Assembly: GCA_964609095.1 (NCBI GenBank)
Contig: CAZSQN010000001.1
Coordinates: forward strand, 214,117-278,116
DNA: 64,000 nucleotides
Direction: 5' to 3'
DNA from: an uncultured Gammaproteobacteria bacterium
GTDB lineage: Bacteria > Patescibacteriota > Patescibacteriia > CAZSQN01
In this document: positions 45,657-56,081 of the stretch, one piece after another
Numbering within the stretch: the stretch's first letter is position 1
How the letters are laid out: every line of letters starts with the position of its first letter
The notes under the pieces: model-generated
What the model was told of the DNA's origin: nothing
Seen by the model: the letters and a program-made list of their open reading frames with translations, nothing else
The model's database searches: none
Program-made: the position numbers and the translations under genes

Positions 45657-45974
45657 CCAGGTAGTGAAAGTTTGACCTCGCGATTATGTTCTATTATGTC
45701 TATGTGTTAAAGAGTAAGAAGACAGGAGGATTGTATATTGGTTTTACTACAGATTTAAAAAGACATTTTCAAGAACATAATCACGGACAAGTTTTTTCAA
45801 CAAAACCATATCTGCCTTGGCAACTAATCTATTACGAAGCGATGCTTAATCAAGATGATGCGAAACGGCGTGAAAAGTATCTTAAAACCAACCAAGGAGC
45901 AAGAATGCTCAAAAGGAAATTAAAAGAATATTTTTACTCACTAAAATAATTTAAGTCAAACTTCTACTACCTGG
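45657..45974 (+). mobile_element. Candidate mini mobile element: GIY-YIG gene bracketed by 20-bp imperfect inverted repeats (CCAGGTAGTGAAAGTTTGAC ... GTCAAACTTCTACTACCTGG)
   Basis: 18 of 20 positions complementary; the arms lie at 45657-45676 and 45955-45974, flanking the ORF 45686..45949. Confidence 0.35.
45686..45949 (+). CDS. GIY-YIG nuclease-family small protein
   Basis: N-terminal YYVYVLKSKKTGGLYIGFTTDLKRHFQEH (GIY-YIG core), 87 aa. Confidence 0.7.
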   Translation: MFYYVYVLKSKKTGGLYIGFTTDLKRHFQEHNHGQVFSTKPYLPWQLIYYEAMLNQDDAKRREKYLKTNQGARMLKRKLKEYFYSLK

Positions 45975-45975
45975 T

Positions 45976-46275
45976 ATGTTCCAATCATCAAGCGATTTAT
46001 TAAATGTCGTCCTCGCGTTTTCGGTCTTGTGGGTGGCGATATTTTTGTCTTTGGCCTTGTTTTACCTCATATTGCTCTTGCGCGAGGCGCACAGGACCGT
46101 CCACGGCATCAGGGAGAAAACGGAAAAGTTCCACAAAGCTATTGAGAACATAAGAGAAAAGATAGAAAATTCCGCCACCTATATCACGCTCGGCATGGAA
46201 GGCGTAAAAGAGCTCGTGAAATACGTGATGGAGAAAAGGGAGGAGAAGAAAGAACGGAAACTGGCTAAGAAATGA
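45976..46275 (+). CDS. Hypothetical small membrane-anchored coiled-coil protein
   Basis: 99 aa, one TM helix, KE-rich tail. Confidence 0.4.
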   Translation: MFQSSSDLLNVVLAFSVLWVAIFLSLALFYLILLLREAHRTVHGIREKTEKFHKAIENIREKIENSATYITLGMEGVKELVKYVMEKREEKKERKLAKK

Positions 46276-46325
46276 TAAGCTGTTAGCTTTAAGCCGTTAG
46301 AAATTCGTTATCTATAAGCTGATAA

Positions 46326-49300
46326 ATGAAGTTCGTCCACCTTCACAACCACTCTCATTATTCTCTTTTAGACGGGCTGGGGAAAATCCCCGAGCTGGTT
46401 AACCGCGCCAAAGAATTGGGAATGGAAGCGCTTGCCATTACCGACCACGGCAATATGTACGGCGCGATTGAGTTTTATGAGGAATGCGTCAAGGCCGGCA
46501 TTAAGCCGATTATCGGGATGGAGACCTATGTGGCCCCGAATAAAATGGGTGATAAAAGGCCAAAAATTGACGACCATAATTCGCATTTGATTTTGCTCGC
46601 GCGAAATCTGGCCGGTTATAAAAATTTAATGTTTCTCTCTTCCAAAGCGCATTTGGAAGGTTTTTATTATAAGCCGCGCGTGGACAAAGAATTGCTCCGC
46701 GCTCGCCATGAAGGGTTAATCGCGCTCTCCGGCTGTTTGAATTCAGAAGTTTCCAAAGCCATCCAGTCAAATGATTTGGAAAGGGCGGAACGGCTGGCAT
46801 TGGAATACCGCGATATTTTCGGACCGGATAATTTTTATTTAGAAGTACAAGACCATCCGGAAATGCCTTTGCAAATGTCGGTAAACGAGGAGATTTTTAA
46901 ATTATCTCTGCGCGCGGGCATTCCGGTTGCGGCCACCAAAGATTGCCATTATATCCGCAAAGAAGACGCGGAAGCGCAGGATCTGATGCTTTGCATTCAG
47001 ATGGGCAAAACGGTTGACGACCCGACGAGGATGAGCATGCGCGATTGCGATTACTCTCTGGCCTCCGGAGAAGAAATGGCCGCGGCTTTTATCGCTCATC
47101 CGGAAGCGGTGGAAAATACCTGGAAGATAGCGGAAAAATGCGACCTTAAACTGGAACTTAACAAATGGAATTTTCCGGTATTTCCGGAATTGGAAGGGCG
47201 CGACGCCGACTCGTATCTGCGTGAATCGGCTTTACGCGGACTCGCGTCCAAATTTGGAGAGCTAAATCAAGAAATCCTTTCACGGTTGGATTATGAATTG
47301 GATATTATTGCTAAAAAGGGCTATGCCACTTATTTTTTAGTCGTGGCCGATTACGTGAATTGGGCCCGGAGCCGCGGCATCATTGCCACCACCCGCGGTA
47401 GCGCCGCCGGCTCATTGGTTTCTTTTGCCATCGGCATCATCACCATCAATCCTCTTGATTACAAGCTTCCCTTTGAAAGATTTCTAAATCCTTACAGGCC
47501 ATCGCCGCCTGATATTGACGTTGATTTTGCCGATAACCGGCGCGATGAAGTGCTGGAATACGTGACGGCTCGCTACGGCGCCGATAAAGTGGCGCAGATC
47601 TGCACTTTTGGAACCATGGCCGCGCGCGGCTCCGTGCGTGATGTTGCCCGCGCGCTGGGCTATCCCTACGGCTTTGGCGACAGGGTCGCCAAGCTTATTC
47701 CATTTGGCTCGCAAGGGTTTCCCATGACTTTGGAGCGGGCGTTGGTTGAAAGTCCGGAGCTCGCCGAGGCCTATAAGGAACCGGACGTCAAAAGAGTGAT
47801 AGATCTGGCGCGAAAGATGGAAGGATGCGCCAGGCACACGTCCGTGCACGCGGCCGGCGTGGTCATCGGGTCGCGGGCTTTGACCGAATTCACGCCTTTG
47901 CAAAAAGAAACCGGAGGCGAAAAAATTATTACGCAGTACGAGATGAACGCTGTGGAAAAGGCGGGCGTGCTCAAAATGGATTTTCTCGGAATCAGGAACC
48001 TTTCCATTTTGGGGCAGGCGGTGGATTTGGTTAAAAAAACAAAAAACGTTGAAGTCAATCTTCTTAATTTGCCTCTTGACGACCAAAAGACATTTGAGCT
48101 TTTGGCGGCCGGAGACACCATTGGACTCTTTCAGCTTAACGGCTCCGGCATGACGCGGTATCTCCGCGAGCTTAAGCCGTCGTCAATTTTTGACATTATG
48201 GCCATGGTGGCTCTTTATCGTCCGGGGCCGATTGAAAGCATTCCGGAATACGTAAGAAGAAAGCACAATCCCGCTCTGGTTAAATATCTTGACCCGAGAA
48301 TGAAGGACATTTTGCAAACGTCTTACGGAATCATAACTTATCAGGATGACGTCTTGCTCATCTCCATTCATCTCGCCGGTTATTCATGGGAAGAGGCGGA
48401 CAAATTGCGCAAGGCCATCGGCAAAAAAATACCGGAGGAGATGGCCAAACAAAAGGAAAAATTTATTTCCGGCTGCGTTAAAAACGGAATGGAAGAGATA
48501 CCGGCGCGCGAGCTCTGGGCTTTAATTGAGCCGTTTGCCGCTTACGGATTTAACAAAGCGCACGCCGCAAGCTACGCCATGGTGGCCTATCAGACCGCTT
48601 ATATGAAAGCGAACTTTCCGGCGGAATATATGACCGCGGTTATGACCGCCGAAGAAGGCGATTTGGAAAAAATCGCCGAAGCGGTGGCCGAATGCAAAAG
48701 AATGAGAATTGAAGTTTTGCCCCCGTCCATTAACGAAAGCAACGGCAATTTTACCTACATTGACGACAGGCATATAAGATTCGGGCTTTTGGCAATTAAA
48801 AATCTGGGCGCGGATGTGACCGATGCCATTATTGCCGAACGGCGCAAAAACGGAATTTTCGCCTCTTTATCAGATTTTGCTTCCCGTCTTTCGGTAAAAT
48901 ATTTTAATAAAAGGTCATTAGAGGCGCTGATTAAATCAGGCGCCATGGATTCGTTGGACGAAAGAAACGCGATGCTGTCAAATTTGCCGGAAATACAGAA
49001 TTTTAACAAAGACATCCAGTCCTCCTCTTTGGCCGGACAGGGAAACTTGTTCGCGGCTTCTGATTCCACGGTTGGTTTGCTAAAATTAAAGCATATCCCG
49101 CCGGCCGGGAAAGCCGAAATGCTTTCATGGGAAAAAGAGCTTCTCGGCCTTTATGTGACAGAACATCCGTTTACTGATTATGCGGCCGCGTTAGACGGGC
49201 ACGCGGAAAAAATCCAAAATCTTAAATCGCTGCCAAAAGGATACGGATGCAATCTGGGTGGCATAGTTGCCTCGGCGAAAAAGATTTTAACCAAGAAGAA

Positions 49301-49757
49301 CGAAACAATGCTTTTTGCCAAAATTGAAGACGAAACCGGAACAATAGAGGCGATTGTTTTTCCGCGGGTTTACGCGGAGGAACCGCAATTATGGAAGGAG
49401 GGAGAGCCGCTGTTTTTGGCCGGAAAGATTTCAGAAAAAGAAGAAGAGCTGCGTTTTATAGTTGAACGCGCGCAAACCCTTGCGAATCGCAAATTGGCAG
49501 ATTGGAGGCAGACGGCTTCTCCCGCCGCTCCGGCGGCGATTATGGTAAAGATTGAAGAAATGGCGGACCCGCATTTTTTTGAGGACTTGCGGCGAGTGCT
49601 GATACGGTATCCGGGAGAGCGGCGCGTGGTATTATTCCTTCCCGAAGGGGAAGAAACCAGAAAAATTGAAACGGATTTTCGCGTTGCCGACAGCGATGAA
49701 CTGCGGCTGGCCATAGAACAGCTGGCGGGCAGCGGCAGCATTTTGGCGGCAAATTGA
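46326..49757 (+). CDS. dnaE: DNA polymerase III alpha subunit
   Basis: PHP domain HLHNHSHYSLLDG, polymerase core, OB-fold C-terminus; 1143 aa. Confidence 0.9.
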   Translation: MKFVHLHNHSHYSLLDGLGKIPELVNRAKELGMEALAITDHGNMYGAIEFYEECVKAGIKPIIGMETYVAPNKMGDKRPKIDDHNSHLILLARNLAGYKNLMFLSSKAHLEGFYYKPRVDKELLRARHEGLIALSGCLNSEVSKAIQSNDLERAERLALEYRDIFGPDNFYLEVQDHPEMPLQMSVNEEIFKLSLRAGIPVAATKDCHYIRKEDAEAQDLMLCIQMGKTVDDPTRMSMRDCDYSLASGEEMAAAFIAHPEAVENTWKIAEKCDLKLELNKWNFPVFPELEGRDADSYLRESALRGLASKFGELNQEILSRLDYELDIIAKKGYATYFLVVADYVNWARSRGIIATTRGSAAGSLVSFAIGIITINPLDYKLPFERFLNPYRPSPPDIDVDFADNRRDEVLEYVTARYGADKVAQICTFGTMAARGSVRDVARALGYPYGFGDRVAKLIPFGSQGFPMTLERALVESPELAEAYKEPDVKRVIDLARKMEGCARHTSVHAAGVVIGSRALTEFTPLQKETGGEKIITQYEMNAVEKAGVLKMDFLGIRNLSILGQAVDLVKKTKNVEVNLLNLPLDDQKTFELLAAGDTIGLFQLNGSGMTRYLRELKPSSIFDIMAMVALYRPGPIESIPEYVRRKHNPALVKYLDPRMKDILQTSYGIITYQDDVLLISIHLAGYSWEEADKLRKAIGKKIPEEMAKQKEKFISGCVKNGMEEIPARELWALIEPFAAYGFNKAHAASYAMVAYQTAYMKANFPAEYMTAVMTAEEGDLEKIAEAVAECKRMRIEVLPPSINESNGNFTYIDDRHIRFGLLAIKNLGADVTDAIIAERRKNGIFASLSDFASRLSVKYFNKRSLEALIKSGAMDSLDERNAMLSNLPEIQNFNKDIQSSSLAGQGNLFAASDSTVGLLKLKHIPPAGKAEMLSWEKELLGLYVTEHPFTDYAAALDGHAEKIQNLKSLPKGYGCNLGGIVASAKKILTKKNETMLFAKIEDETGTIEAIVFPRVYAEEPQLWKEGEPLFLAGKISEKEEELRFIVERAQTLANRKLADWRQTASPAAPAAIMVKIEEMADPHFFEDLRRVLIRYPGERRVVLFLPEGEETRKIETDFRVADSDELRLAIEQLAGSGSILAAN

Positions 49758-49872
49758 ACCCCGCGCATAAATTTGTTGAGCGCGAATAGGGTGTGGAAAA
49801 ACTAATAAAATAATTCATTAACGCAGAAGCGTCTGTCGTACAGACGCTTAGCGCGGCGAGACACGAGCAAAA

Positions 49873-51099
49873 GTGAGGGCGAAGCCCGAACGGGCGCGAG
49901 TGTCGGAAGCGAGCATGCCGAAGCGAATTTCAGGCAAAAAAAGGACAGCGGACGAGGAGGCGCCGCGGATTTCGCAGCCCGAACATTTATCATTGCGCGC
50001 TTATAAAAAGACAGCCGTTGCGTTTTTGGCTTTGGTTTTTGTTTTGCTCGCGGCCATTGCCTATGTTTCTTTTGCCAAAGCCACGGTTATTATTAAAGCC
50101 AGAACAACAGACGCGGAGGCGGAATTTAGAGCGGACGCGAGAAGCGACCCCAATCAAAGCGAAGTAAGGGGAGAAGTCAGAGAAATCGCCTTGGAAGGAG
50201 AAAGCGCGGCGCAAATTTCCGCCGATGTCAAAGAACTGCCTAGCGCGGCCACAGGCACGGTTAGAATATTAAATGAGATGAAACGTTCGCAAACTTTGGT
50301 GGTGAAAACGCGCCTGCTCTCCCCGGATGGAGTTCTTTTCCGCCTTAAGAAGACCGTTTCGGTGCCGGCCGGAGGAGAGATAAAAACGGAGGTTTATGCC
50401 GATAAAGAAGGCGCGAGCGGCGATATCGGGCCGACAAGGTTTGTCATCCCCGGCCTTAATGCGGAAAATCAAAAAAAAGTTTATGCCGTCTCTGACGCCC
50501 CTATGACCGGCGGGCTTACTTTGAAAATCGGCGTGGGGCAGGCGGATATTGATCGCGCCTTGGAGGAAATCGGTAACCGATTACTGGAAGAAGGAAAGCA
50601 GAAATTGGGCGCGCAGTGGTCTCCCGGGGCCGGCAATGCCGAAATTTATCAGAAAAAGATAATCTCCTGGAAAGCGGACCAGAAAATAGGCGGACAGGCG
50701 GAGAATGTGAAAGTGAAAGCAAAAGTGGCTATTACCGGAGTGCGCTACGACCGGGAAAAATTATTGGAATTAGCCGAAGCCAAACTGCGCGAGCGGGCCA
50801 AAGATGAGGAAGAGCTGCGCGATATAGACAGGGAAGGGTTTGAGGTAAACATAATCTCCGCTGACTCCATCGTTAATGCCGCGGTGCTTTCCGCCCGGCT
50901 TAAGGGCAAGCTCGCCATTTCTTCTAAGAGCAAGGTTTTGGATCCGGACCAGCTTATCGGGCTGACAAAATCGTCGGCCGAAGAATATCTGCGCGGATTT
51001 AACGCCGTGGAAGACGCTCAAATCAAGGTACGGCCTTTCTGGCTCCGCCGATTGCCAAATTTGCGGGAGAGGATTAAGATAAAGGTCATAACGGAGTAG
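49873..51099 (+). CDS. Hypothetical membrane-anchored protein (start uncertain: 49873 or the ATG near 49915)
   Basis: Basic N-terminus, one TM helix, ~350-aa extracytoplasmic region. Confidence 0.4.
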   Translation: MRAKPERARVSEASMPKRISGKKRTADEEAPRISQPEHLSLRAYKKTAVAFLALVFVLLAAIAYVSFAKATVIIKARTTDAEAEFRADARSDPNQSEVRGEVREIALEGESAAQISADVKELPSAATGTVRILNEMKRSQTLVVKTRLLSPDGVLFRLKKTVSVPAGGEIKTEVYADKEGASGDIGPTRFVIPGLNAENQKKVYAVSDAPMTGGLTLKIGVGQADIDRALEEIGNRLLEEGKQKLGAQWSPGAGNAEIYQKKIISWKADQKIGGQAENVKVKAKVAITGVRYDREKLLELAEAKLRERAKDEEELRDIDREGFEVNIISADSIVNAAVLSARLKGKLAISSKSKVLDPDQLIGLTKSSAEEYLRGFNAVEDAQIKVRPFWLRRLPNLRERIKIKVITE

Positions 51100-51183
51100 A
51101 GCTTGTAGCTTTTAGCTGTTAGCTTTTAGTTGTTTTGGTTTATTTCTATCAGTTAAAAGCTAAAAGCTAAAAGCTTTTTTATT
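51100..51183 (+). repeat. Heptamer-repeat leader element, AAAAGCT class, upstream of thrS
   Basis: gagcttgtagcttttagctgttagcttttag...ttaaaagctaaaagctaaaagctttttt-att-ATG; arms are complementary. Confidence 0.75.
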
Positions 51184-52986
51184 ATGTCCAAAAAAGAAAC
51201 TTATCCAATTGAAACCGTCCGCCACTCCACCGCCCATGTTCTGGCCGCGGCTGTCTCCGAACTTTATCCGGGAACAAAATTTGGCGTCGGACCGGTGATT
51301 GAAAACGGATTTTTTTACGACCTTGATTTGCCCGCGCCAATCACGCCGCAGGATTTGCTGCGCATAGAAAAAAGAATGAAAGAAATAATCAGGCGCCGGG
51401 AGAAATTTGTGAGAAAAGAAATGCCTTTAACCAAGGCCATATCTTTTTTTGAAAATCTCGGTCAGGGCTACAAAGTGGAATTGCTCCGTGATTTAATGGC
51501 TCGCGGCACGACTTCGATGCGGCCGGAAGAAGCTCAGGACGTGAATCTGGAGAAACCAACATCAGTTTCCGTATACGAAACCGGAAAATTTGTTGATCTT
51601 TGCCGCGGACCGCATATTGGCGACTCTGGCGAGGTTGGCGCTTTTAAATTAACCAAAATCGCCGGAGCTTATTGGCGCGGAAGCGAAAAAAATAAAATGC
51701 TTACCCGCATTTACGGTTTGGCATTTAAGAGCGAAGCCGAACTTAAGGCCTATTTGGTTTTGCTGGAAGAAGCGGAAAAACGAGACCACAGAAAACTCGG
51801 AGCCGAACTTGAACTTTTTATGATCTCCCCGGACGTTGGCATGGGGCTTCCTATCTGGCTGCCCAAGGGCGCGTTTATTAGGAGAAAAATGGCCGATTTG
51901 GTGCGCGCATTTGAAGAAAAAAAGGGCTATCAATATGTGGATACGCCTCACATAGGCAGAAAGCGTCTTTATGAAACATCCGGCCATTGGCAGCATTACA
52001 GGGAAACAATGTATTCGCCTTTGGATATTGAAGGCGAGGAGTATATTTTAAAGCCGATGAATTGCCCGCATCATATTCAGGTCTATGCCCTTCGCCCGAG
52101 GAGCTACCGGGAACTTCCCATTAAATTGGCCGAAGACGGAACCGTCTATCGTTTTGAAAAATCAGGCGAACTTTCAGGATTATCGCGAGTGCGCGGTTTT
52201 ACCCAAAACGACGCGCATATATTTTGCGCTCCCGAGCAGATTAAAAAAGAAGTGGCTCTGCTCATAGGTTTAACCAAGGCGATTTATAAAGCATTGGGAA
52301 TAAAAAATGTGTGGCTGCGCCTTTCTCTCCGCGATCCCAAGGACACGGTAAAGTATGTCGCTGACGGCAAAATGTGGGAAAGAGCCGAGAAAGCTCTGCG
52401 GGACGCGTTGGATAGCCGCAAGGCAAAATATGTTGAGGCCGAGGGAGAGGCGGCTTTTTACGGTCCGAAGATTGATTTTCAGGCTAAGGATGTGCTGGGG
52501 CGCGAGTTCACGGTTTCCACAATCCAGCTTGATTTTTCCCTGCCTCTTAAATTTGGGCTGGAATACATAGGAGACGACGGCGAAAAACATCGTCCGGTGA
52601 TGATTCATCGCGCGTATTTCGGGTCGTTTGAACGTTTTTTCGCTTTTTTGATTGAGCATTACGGAGGCGCGTTCCCGCTCTGGCTCTCTTCGGTACAAGT
52701 CGCCATTTTGCCGGTAGGCAAAGACCATTGGAAGGCGAGCGCGAAACTTGAGGCAATGTTAAAAAAACAGGGAATTAGAGCCGAGGCGGACGCTTCCAGA
52801 GAAACGGTTGGATATAAAATCAGAAAAGCGGAAAAGATGAAGGTGCCTTATATGCTGGTTATCGGCGATAAGGAAAAAGATTTGCGGACTCTTGCGGTGC
52901 GCAAGCGCGGTGAGGCGGAAATAAAAAAGATGACTTTGGCCGGATTCGTTAAAAAACTGCAAACGGATTTAAAAAAGATGAAATAA
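51184..52986 (+). CDS. thrS: Threonine--tRNA ligase
   Basis: TGS/second-additional domain, class II core (HRAYFGSFERF), anticodon-binding C-terminus; 600 aa. Confidence 0.9.
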   Translation: MSKKETYPIETVRHSTAHVLAAAVSELYPGTKFGVGPVIENGFFYDLDLPAPITPQDLLRIEKRMKEIIRRREKFVRKEMPLTKAISFFENLGQGYKVELLRDLMARGTTSMRPEEAQDVNLEKPTSVSVYETGKFVDLCRGPHIGDSGEVGAFKLTKIAGAYWRGSEKNKMLTRIYGLAFKSEAELKAYLVLLEEAEKRDHRKLGAELELFMISPDVGMGLPIWLPKGAFIRRKMADLVRAFEEKKGYQYVDTPHIGRKRLYETSGHWQHYRETMYSPLDIEGEEYILKPMNCPHHIQVYALRPRSYRELPIKLAEDGTVYRFEKSGELSGLSRVRGFTQNDAHIFCAPEQIKKEVALLIGLTKAIYKALGIKNVWLRLSLRDPKDTVKYVADGKMWERAEKALRDALDSRKAKYVEAEGEAAFYGPKIDFQAKDVLGREFTVSTIQLDFSLPLKFGLEYIGDDGEKHRPVMIHRAYFGSFERFFAFLIEHYGGAFPLWLSSVQVAILPVGKDHWKASAKLEAMLKKQGIRAEADASRETVGYKIRKAEKMKVPYMLVIGDKEKDLRTLAVRKRGEAEIKKMTLAGFVKKLQTDLKKMK

Positions 52987-53023
52987 AAAATTCCCCCGGC
53001 ATACGCTCGGGGGAATTTTTTTA
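52985..53023. terminator. Bidirectional rho-independent terminator (A-run, ttcccccg-gcatacgct-cgggggaa, T-run) between convergent genes
   Basis: Seen directly. Confidence 0.7.
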
Positions 53024-53031
53024 CATATCCG

Positions 53032-54285
53032 CTATCTTGTCATAAATTTGGACGCCTGTTCCTCCAATCTTTTTATGTCGCCTTTGTGCGAGAGCCTAAT
53101 CTTGGCCGCGAGTTTGCTTTTGCCGGCGTCCACATAATCAGCGATTTTTTTTTGCATCTCATCAAGCTCTTGCCTGGCTTTTCGCAGTTCTAACTCCGGT
53201 ATGGAGACGCCGCCAAAAAGACGTTTTAATTTTCCGCCCCAGCCGGCTTTTTTCTTTTCTTTTTCAACCGTTTCTTCAAGTAAGGACGTTTGTTTCCTTT
53301 TATCCTCAAAATCTTTGCCCGTGAAAGGAAATAGCTCTGGAAATTCTTTGTGGGCCTCATCAATTGCTTCCAAGCGGTTTTTTCTTAGCGCGGTTTCGAA
53401 TTTGAAAAGCGCCTGCGTTCTTTCCTGCTCGGTTTCCGTTTTCATCGGGATTTGTTTGCCGCCTTCTTCCGCGCTTCGCAAATCGTTTACCGTCTCCAGC
53501 CAGTCGCTAAAGCCGATTTTTGCGTCGCTTGCCCTTTTTTCCATATCAACTGATTCTTGCGCCGCTTCCCGCCTCGCGAGTAAAAGAGGGATTTCGCCGG
53601 AAATAAAGAAAGCGCGTTCAACCGGGTCGCGGTCAAGCTCATCCAATTGTTCATCGGAAAGAATCTTTTCCGCAAAGGCCCGCGCTTGAAGGTCTTCGTT
53701 GACCGCCGCATCCGCCTCGGCCTTGCTTATTTCCGCGATGCCTTGAAGTATTTTAAGATCTTCCGCAATTTCTTTTCTGTACAAGGCCTCTTTGTCTTCC
53801 TCTTCCATCGCTCTCTCTTTCGTCATTTCTAACGCTTCCGCCATCGCGGCTTCAGCTTCGGTTGGCGCAGGCGCTTCTTTCGGCTTTGCGGTCTCTTCAG
53901 CTGCTTTTTCAGCAGTCATTTTCAAAACCTCCGCCACCGCTGTTTCCGCTTCCCGGGGTTCTCTTTCTTTATAGCGCGCTGCTAGCTCTGCCCGCGCTTC
54001 TTCAATAAGTTTTTCTTCCTCCCGCCTTTTTGCTTCCGTTGCTTTTAATTTTTCCAAACCCTTTTTAAAACGCGCTTCCTTGGCTCGTTCGTCAGCTTCT
54101 TTTTTTGTCTGTTCCGCCGCCACTCTTTCGCGCTCCATTTTTAAAATATCCCGCACTTCGGTTTCGGCTTCGGACGGGCCTTTAAGAGCCCTGTCGGAAG
54201 CTTCGCCGGCGGCTCCTTTTTTTCGTTTCTTTTTCTCGTATTGAGCTATTTCCTTTTGATATTCCGGGCTGATTTCTACGGACAT
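53032..54285 (-). CDS. Hypothetical highly charged coiled-coil protein
   Basis: 417 aa, KE/AE-rich, no TM. Confidence 0.45.
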   Translation of the reverse strand: MSVEISPEYQKEIAQYEKKKRKKGAAGEASDRALKGPSEAETEVRDILKMERERVAAEQTKKEADERAKEARFKKGLEKLKATEAKRREEEKLIEEARAELAARYKEREPREAETAVAEVLKMTAEKAAEETAKPKEAPAPTEAEAAMAEALEMTKERAMEEEDKEALYRKEIAEDLKILQGIAEISKAEADAAVNEDLQARAFAEKILSDEQLDELDRDPVERAFFISGEIPLLLARREAAQESVDMEKRASDAKIGFSDWLETVNDLRSAEEGGKQIPMKTETEQERTQALFKFETALRKNRLEAIDEAHKEFPELFPFTGKDFEDKRKQTSLLEETVEKEKKKAGWGGKLKRLFGGVSIPELELRKARQELDEMQKKIADYVDAGKSKLAAKIRLSHKGDIKRLEEQASKFMTR

Positions 54286-54338
54286 AGATTAAAAATTATA
54301 AATTATATAATATATTATAGCACAAAAACGGCTGAAAA

Positions 54339-56078
54339 TCAAGTCAAAACCGATTTACGGAGTTGTTTTAGTATTTTGAGGCGGTCTTTGCGCATCTTTT
54401 TTTCATAATCATGGCCGTATCCTTGAGATAAAATTTGTTCTATGGCCGTTATGGTTTGCGGCGTCAAAGCCAGCTTTTCTTTGGAAGCGGCTTCAAAAAT
54501 CCAGTTGACCGTTTCCAAAGGCGCTTTAGCTTTTATGTCCTCCTCAAGACGGGCGGCAAGCAGTTCTGGTTTGATTCCCGGAGCGGGGATGAGTTCAAGC
54601 CGTTCCCCGAGTTCGTCAAGATTTTGCGCGGCCTCAATTACCGCATAAAGATTTTTAAGATTAATTCCCGAGGTTTGGAGCCGCCGCATCTGGTTTTTCA
54701 CCCGCTCCATTGACTGGATAAGCGGATGGGAATACTCAAGTTCAAGAACTTTGGACGCGTAGGAGCCGAAAAGCTGCCCGTAGCCGTATTGGTATCTTCC
54801 CGCTTTCATATAAGCGGCGAATTCGTCCAAGGCATACGCTTCCATTCGCGGGTCAATTTCGTCGCGCGCCGGCGCGCTCGCGCGCTCTTTCTCCGGCCGG
54901 ATAAAACGGTTGAAAATAACATGCTGAAATTCATGAATTTTTGTTTTTTTCTGTTTTTCCGGCGCGGAGGCCTTGAGAAGGCATATTGCTTTATCCAACG
55001 GCTTGATTCTTTCCGCTTCTTCTCCTTCAAATGCTTTGGAAAAATCTATGTTTAAAAAAGCGCCCGCCACGGTTTCAATAAGAATGCTTTCGCGGGAACC
55101 GGCCATTTCTTTTAGGTATCGTTTCATTTTTTCCGGGTCGGCGACTTCAATGGCAAGGGCAATAGGCAGATCGGTTTGGACGGTTACGTCTTCCGGAGAA
55201 AGATGTTTATCCATCCCGATATCTTTAAGAAACTGCGTTTTGGCGGAAAAATCCGTTTCCAATACGTCTAATGGATTCTCCGGAGGCGCAACCCCTGCTT
55301 TTTTTGCCAGATCTTTAGTGTATTCTACGATTCTTTGACGCGCCTCCGCGTATTTTTCCGCCGCGCGCTCCAGGGCCAGCCGTCCTGCCGGCGTGAGCGG
55401 CAGCGCGCGCTCCGGATTATTGCGGACGGTTTTAACGATATCTTCTTTTGACGCGTCAGGGCTCTCCATCACAAACGTTTCGGCGTCGCGAATGGCCTGC
55501 TCCATTCTGGCGGTATAACGAAATTTTTTTATTTTGCGAAGTATTTGCTTTTGCTCTTGCGCGTATTCTTCCTCGGTCATGTTTTCTGCTTTTTTTCTTT
55601 CTTTAAGGCCGGATAATATCTGTTGCGCGACCTCGGACGCGCCTTGCTCCAAAGACAGCGATTCCTGATTGAGGAGCTCTATTTCTTTTTGCAGCCGTTC
55701 GCGCTCTTCTTTTTCGCGTTCCGCTTCCACGGTTTGTTTTTCGCGGCCGAATAAAGATTGAACGACTTCTATGGCGGCTTTGGAGATTTCCCGGAGTTTG
55801 TTTAACAGTCCGGTTTTTTGCCGTTCATAATCCGCGTTTAATTTGGCGGCTTCAATGTCGGACGCGTCCAGGCCGAGATTTTTTGCCGCCTCCAAAATAG
55901 CCGCTTCTCCCTCCGCTTCCATTGCCGCCGGGTCCGCCTCCGTTTCAATTTGTCTGATTCTTTCGGCGATTAATTTCTCCAAAGAATACGCTTCTTCCGG
56001 CAGCTCCTGATTTCTCATATCTGTTTCCGGCGCGCTCTCCTCTTTGGGGAGAAGTGATTTTTTAACAGGTTTTTCCAT
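54339..56078 (-). CDS. Hypothetical protein
   Basis: 579 aa, charged helical N-terminus, no recognisable catalytic motif. Confidence 0.45.
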   Translation of the reverse strand: MEKPVKKSLLPKEESAPETDMRNQELPEEAYSLEKLIAERIRQIETEADPAAMEAEGEAAILEAAKNLGLDASDIEAAKLNADYERQKTGLLNKLREISKAAIEVVQSLFGREKQTVEAEREKEERERLQKEIELLNQESLSLEQGASEVAQQILSGLKERKKAENMTEEEYAQEQKQILRKIKKFRYTARMEQAIRDAETFVMESPDASKEDIVKTVRNNPERALPLTPAGRLALERAAEKYAEARQRIVEYTKDLAKKAGVAPPENPLDVLETDFSAKTQFLKDIGMDKHLSPEDVTVQTDLPIALAIEVADPEKMKRYLKEMAGSRESILIETVAGAFLNIDFSKAFEGEEAERIKPLDKAICLLKASAPEKQKKTKIHEFQHVIFNRFIRPEKERASAPARDEIDPRMEAYALDEFAAYMKAGRYQYGYGQLFGSYASKVLELEYSHPLIQSMERVKNQMRRLQTSGINLKNLYAVIEAAQNLDELGERLELIPAPGIKPELLAARLEEDIKAKAPLETVNWIFEAASKEKLALTPQTITAIEQILSQGYGHDYEKKMRKDRLKILKQLRKSVLT

Positions 56079-56081
56079 AGA

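Noticed and set aside
46276-46325. gataagctg...cagcttatc-like weak palindrome before dnaE
   Set aside because: Only loosely resembles the heptamer leader elements (no clear tandem heptamers); not counted in the family.
49800-49870. Hairpin agcgtctgt-cgta-cagacgct after dnaE
   Set aside because: No U-run and no conservation evidence available; too weak to call a terminator or sRNA.
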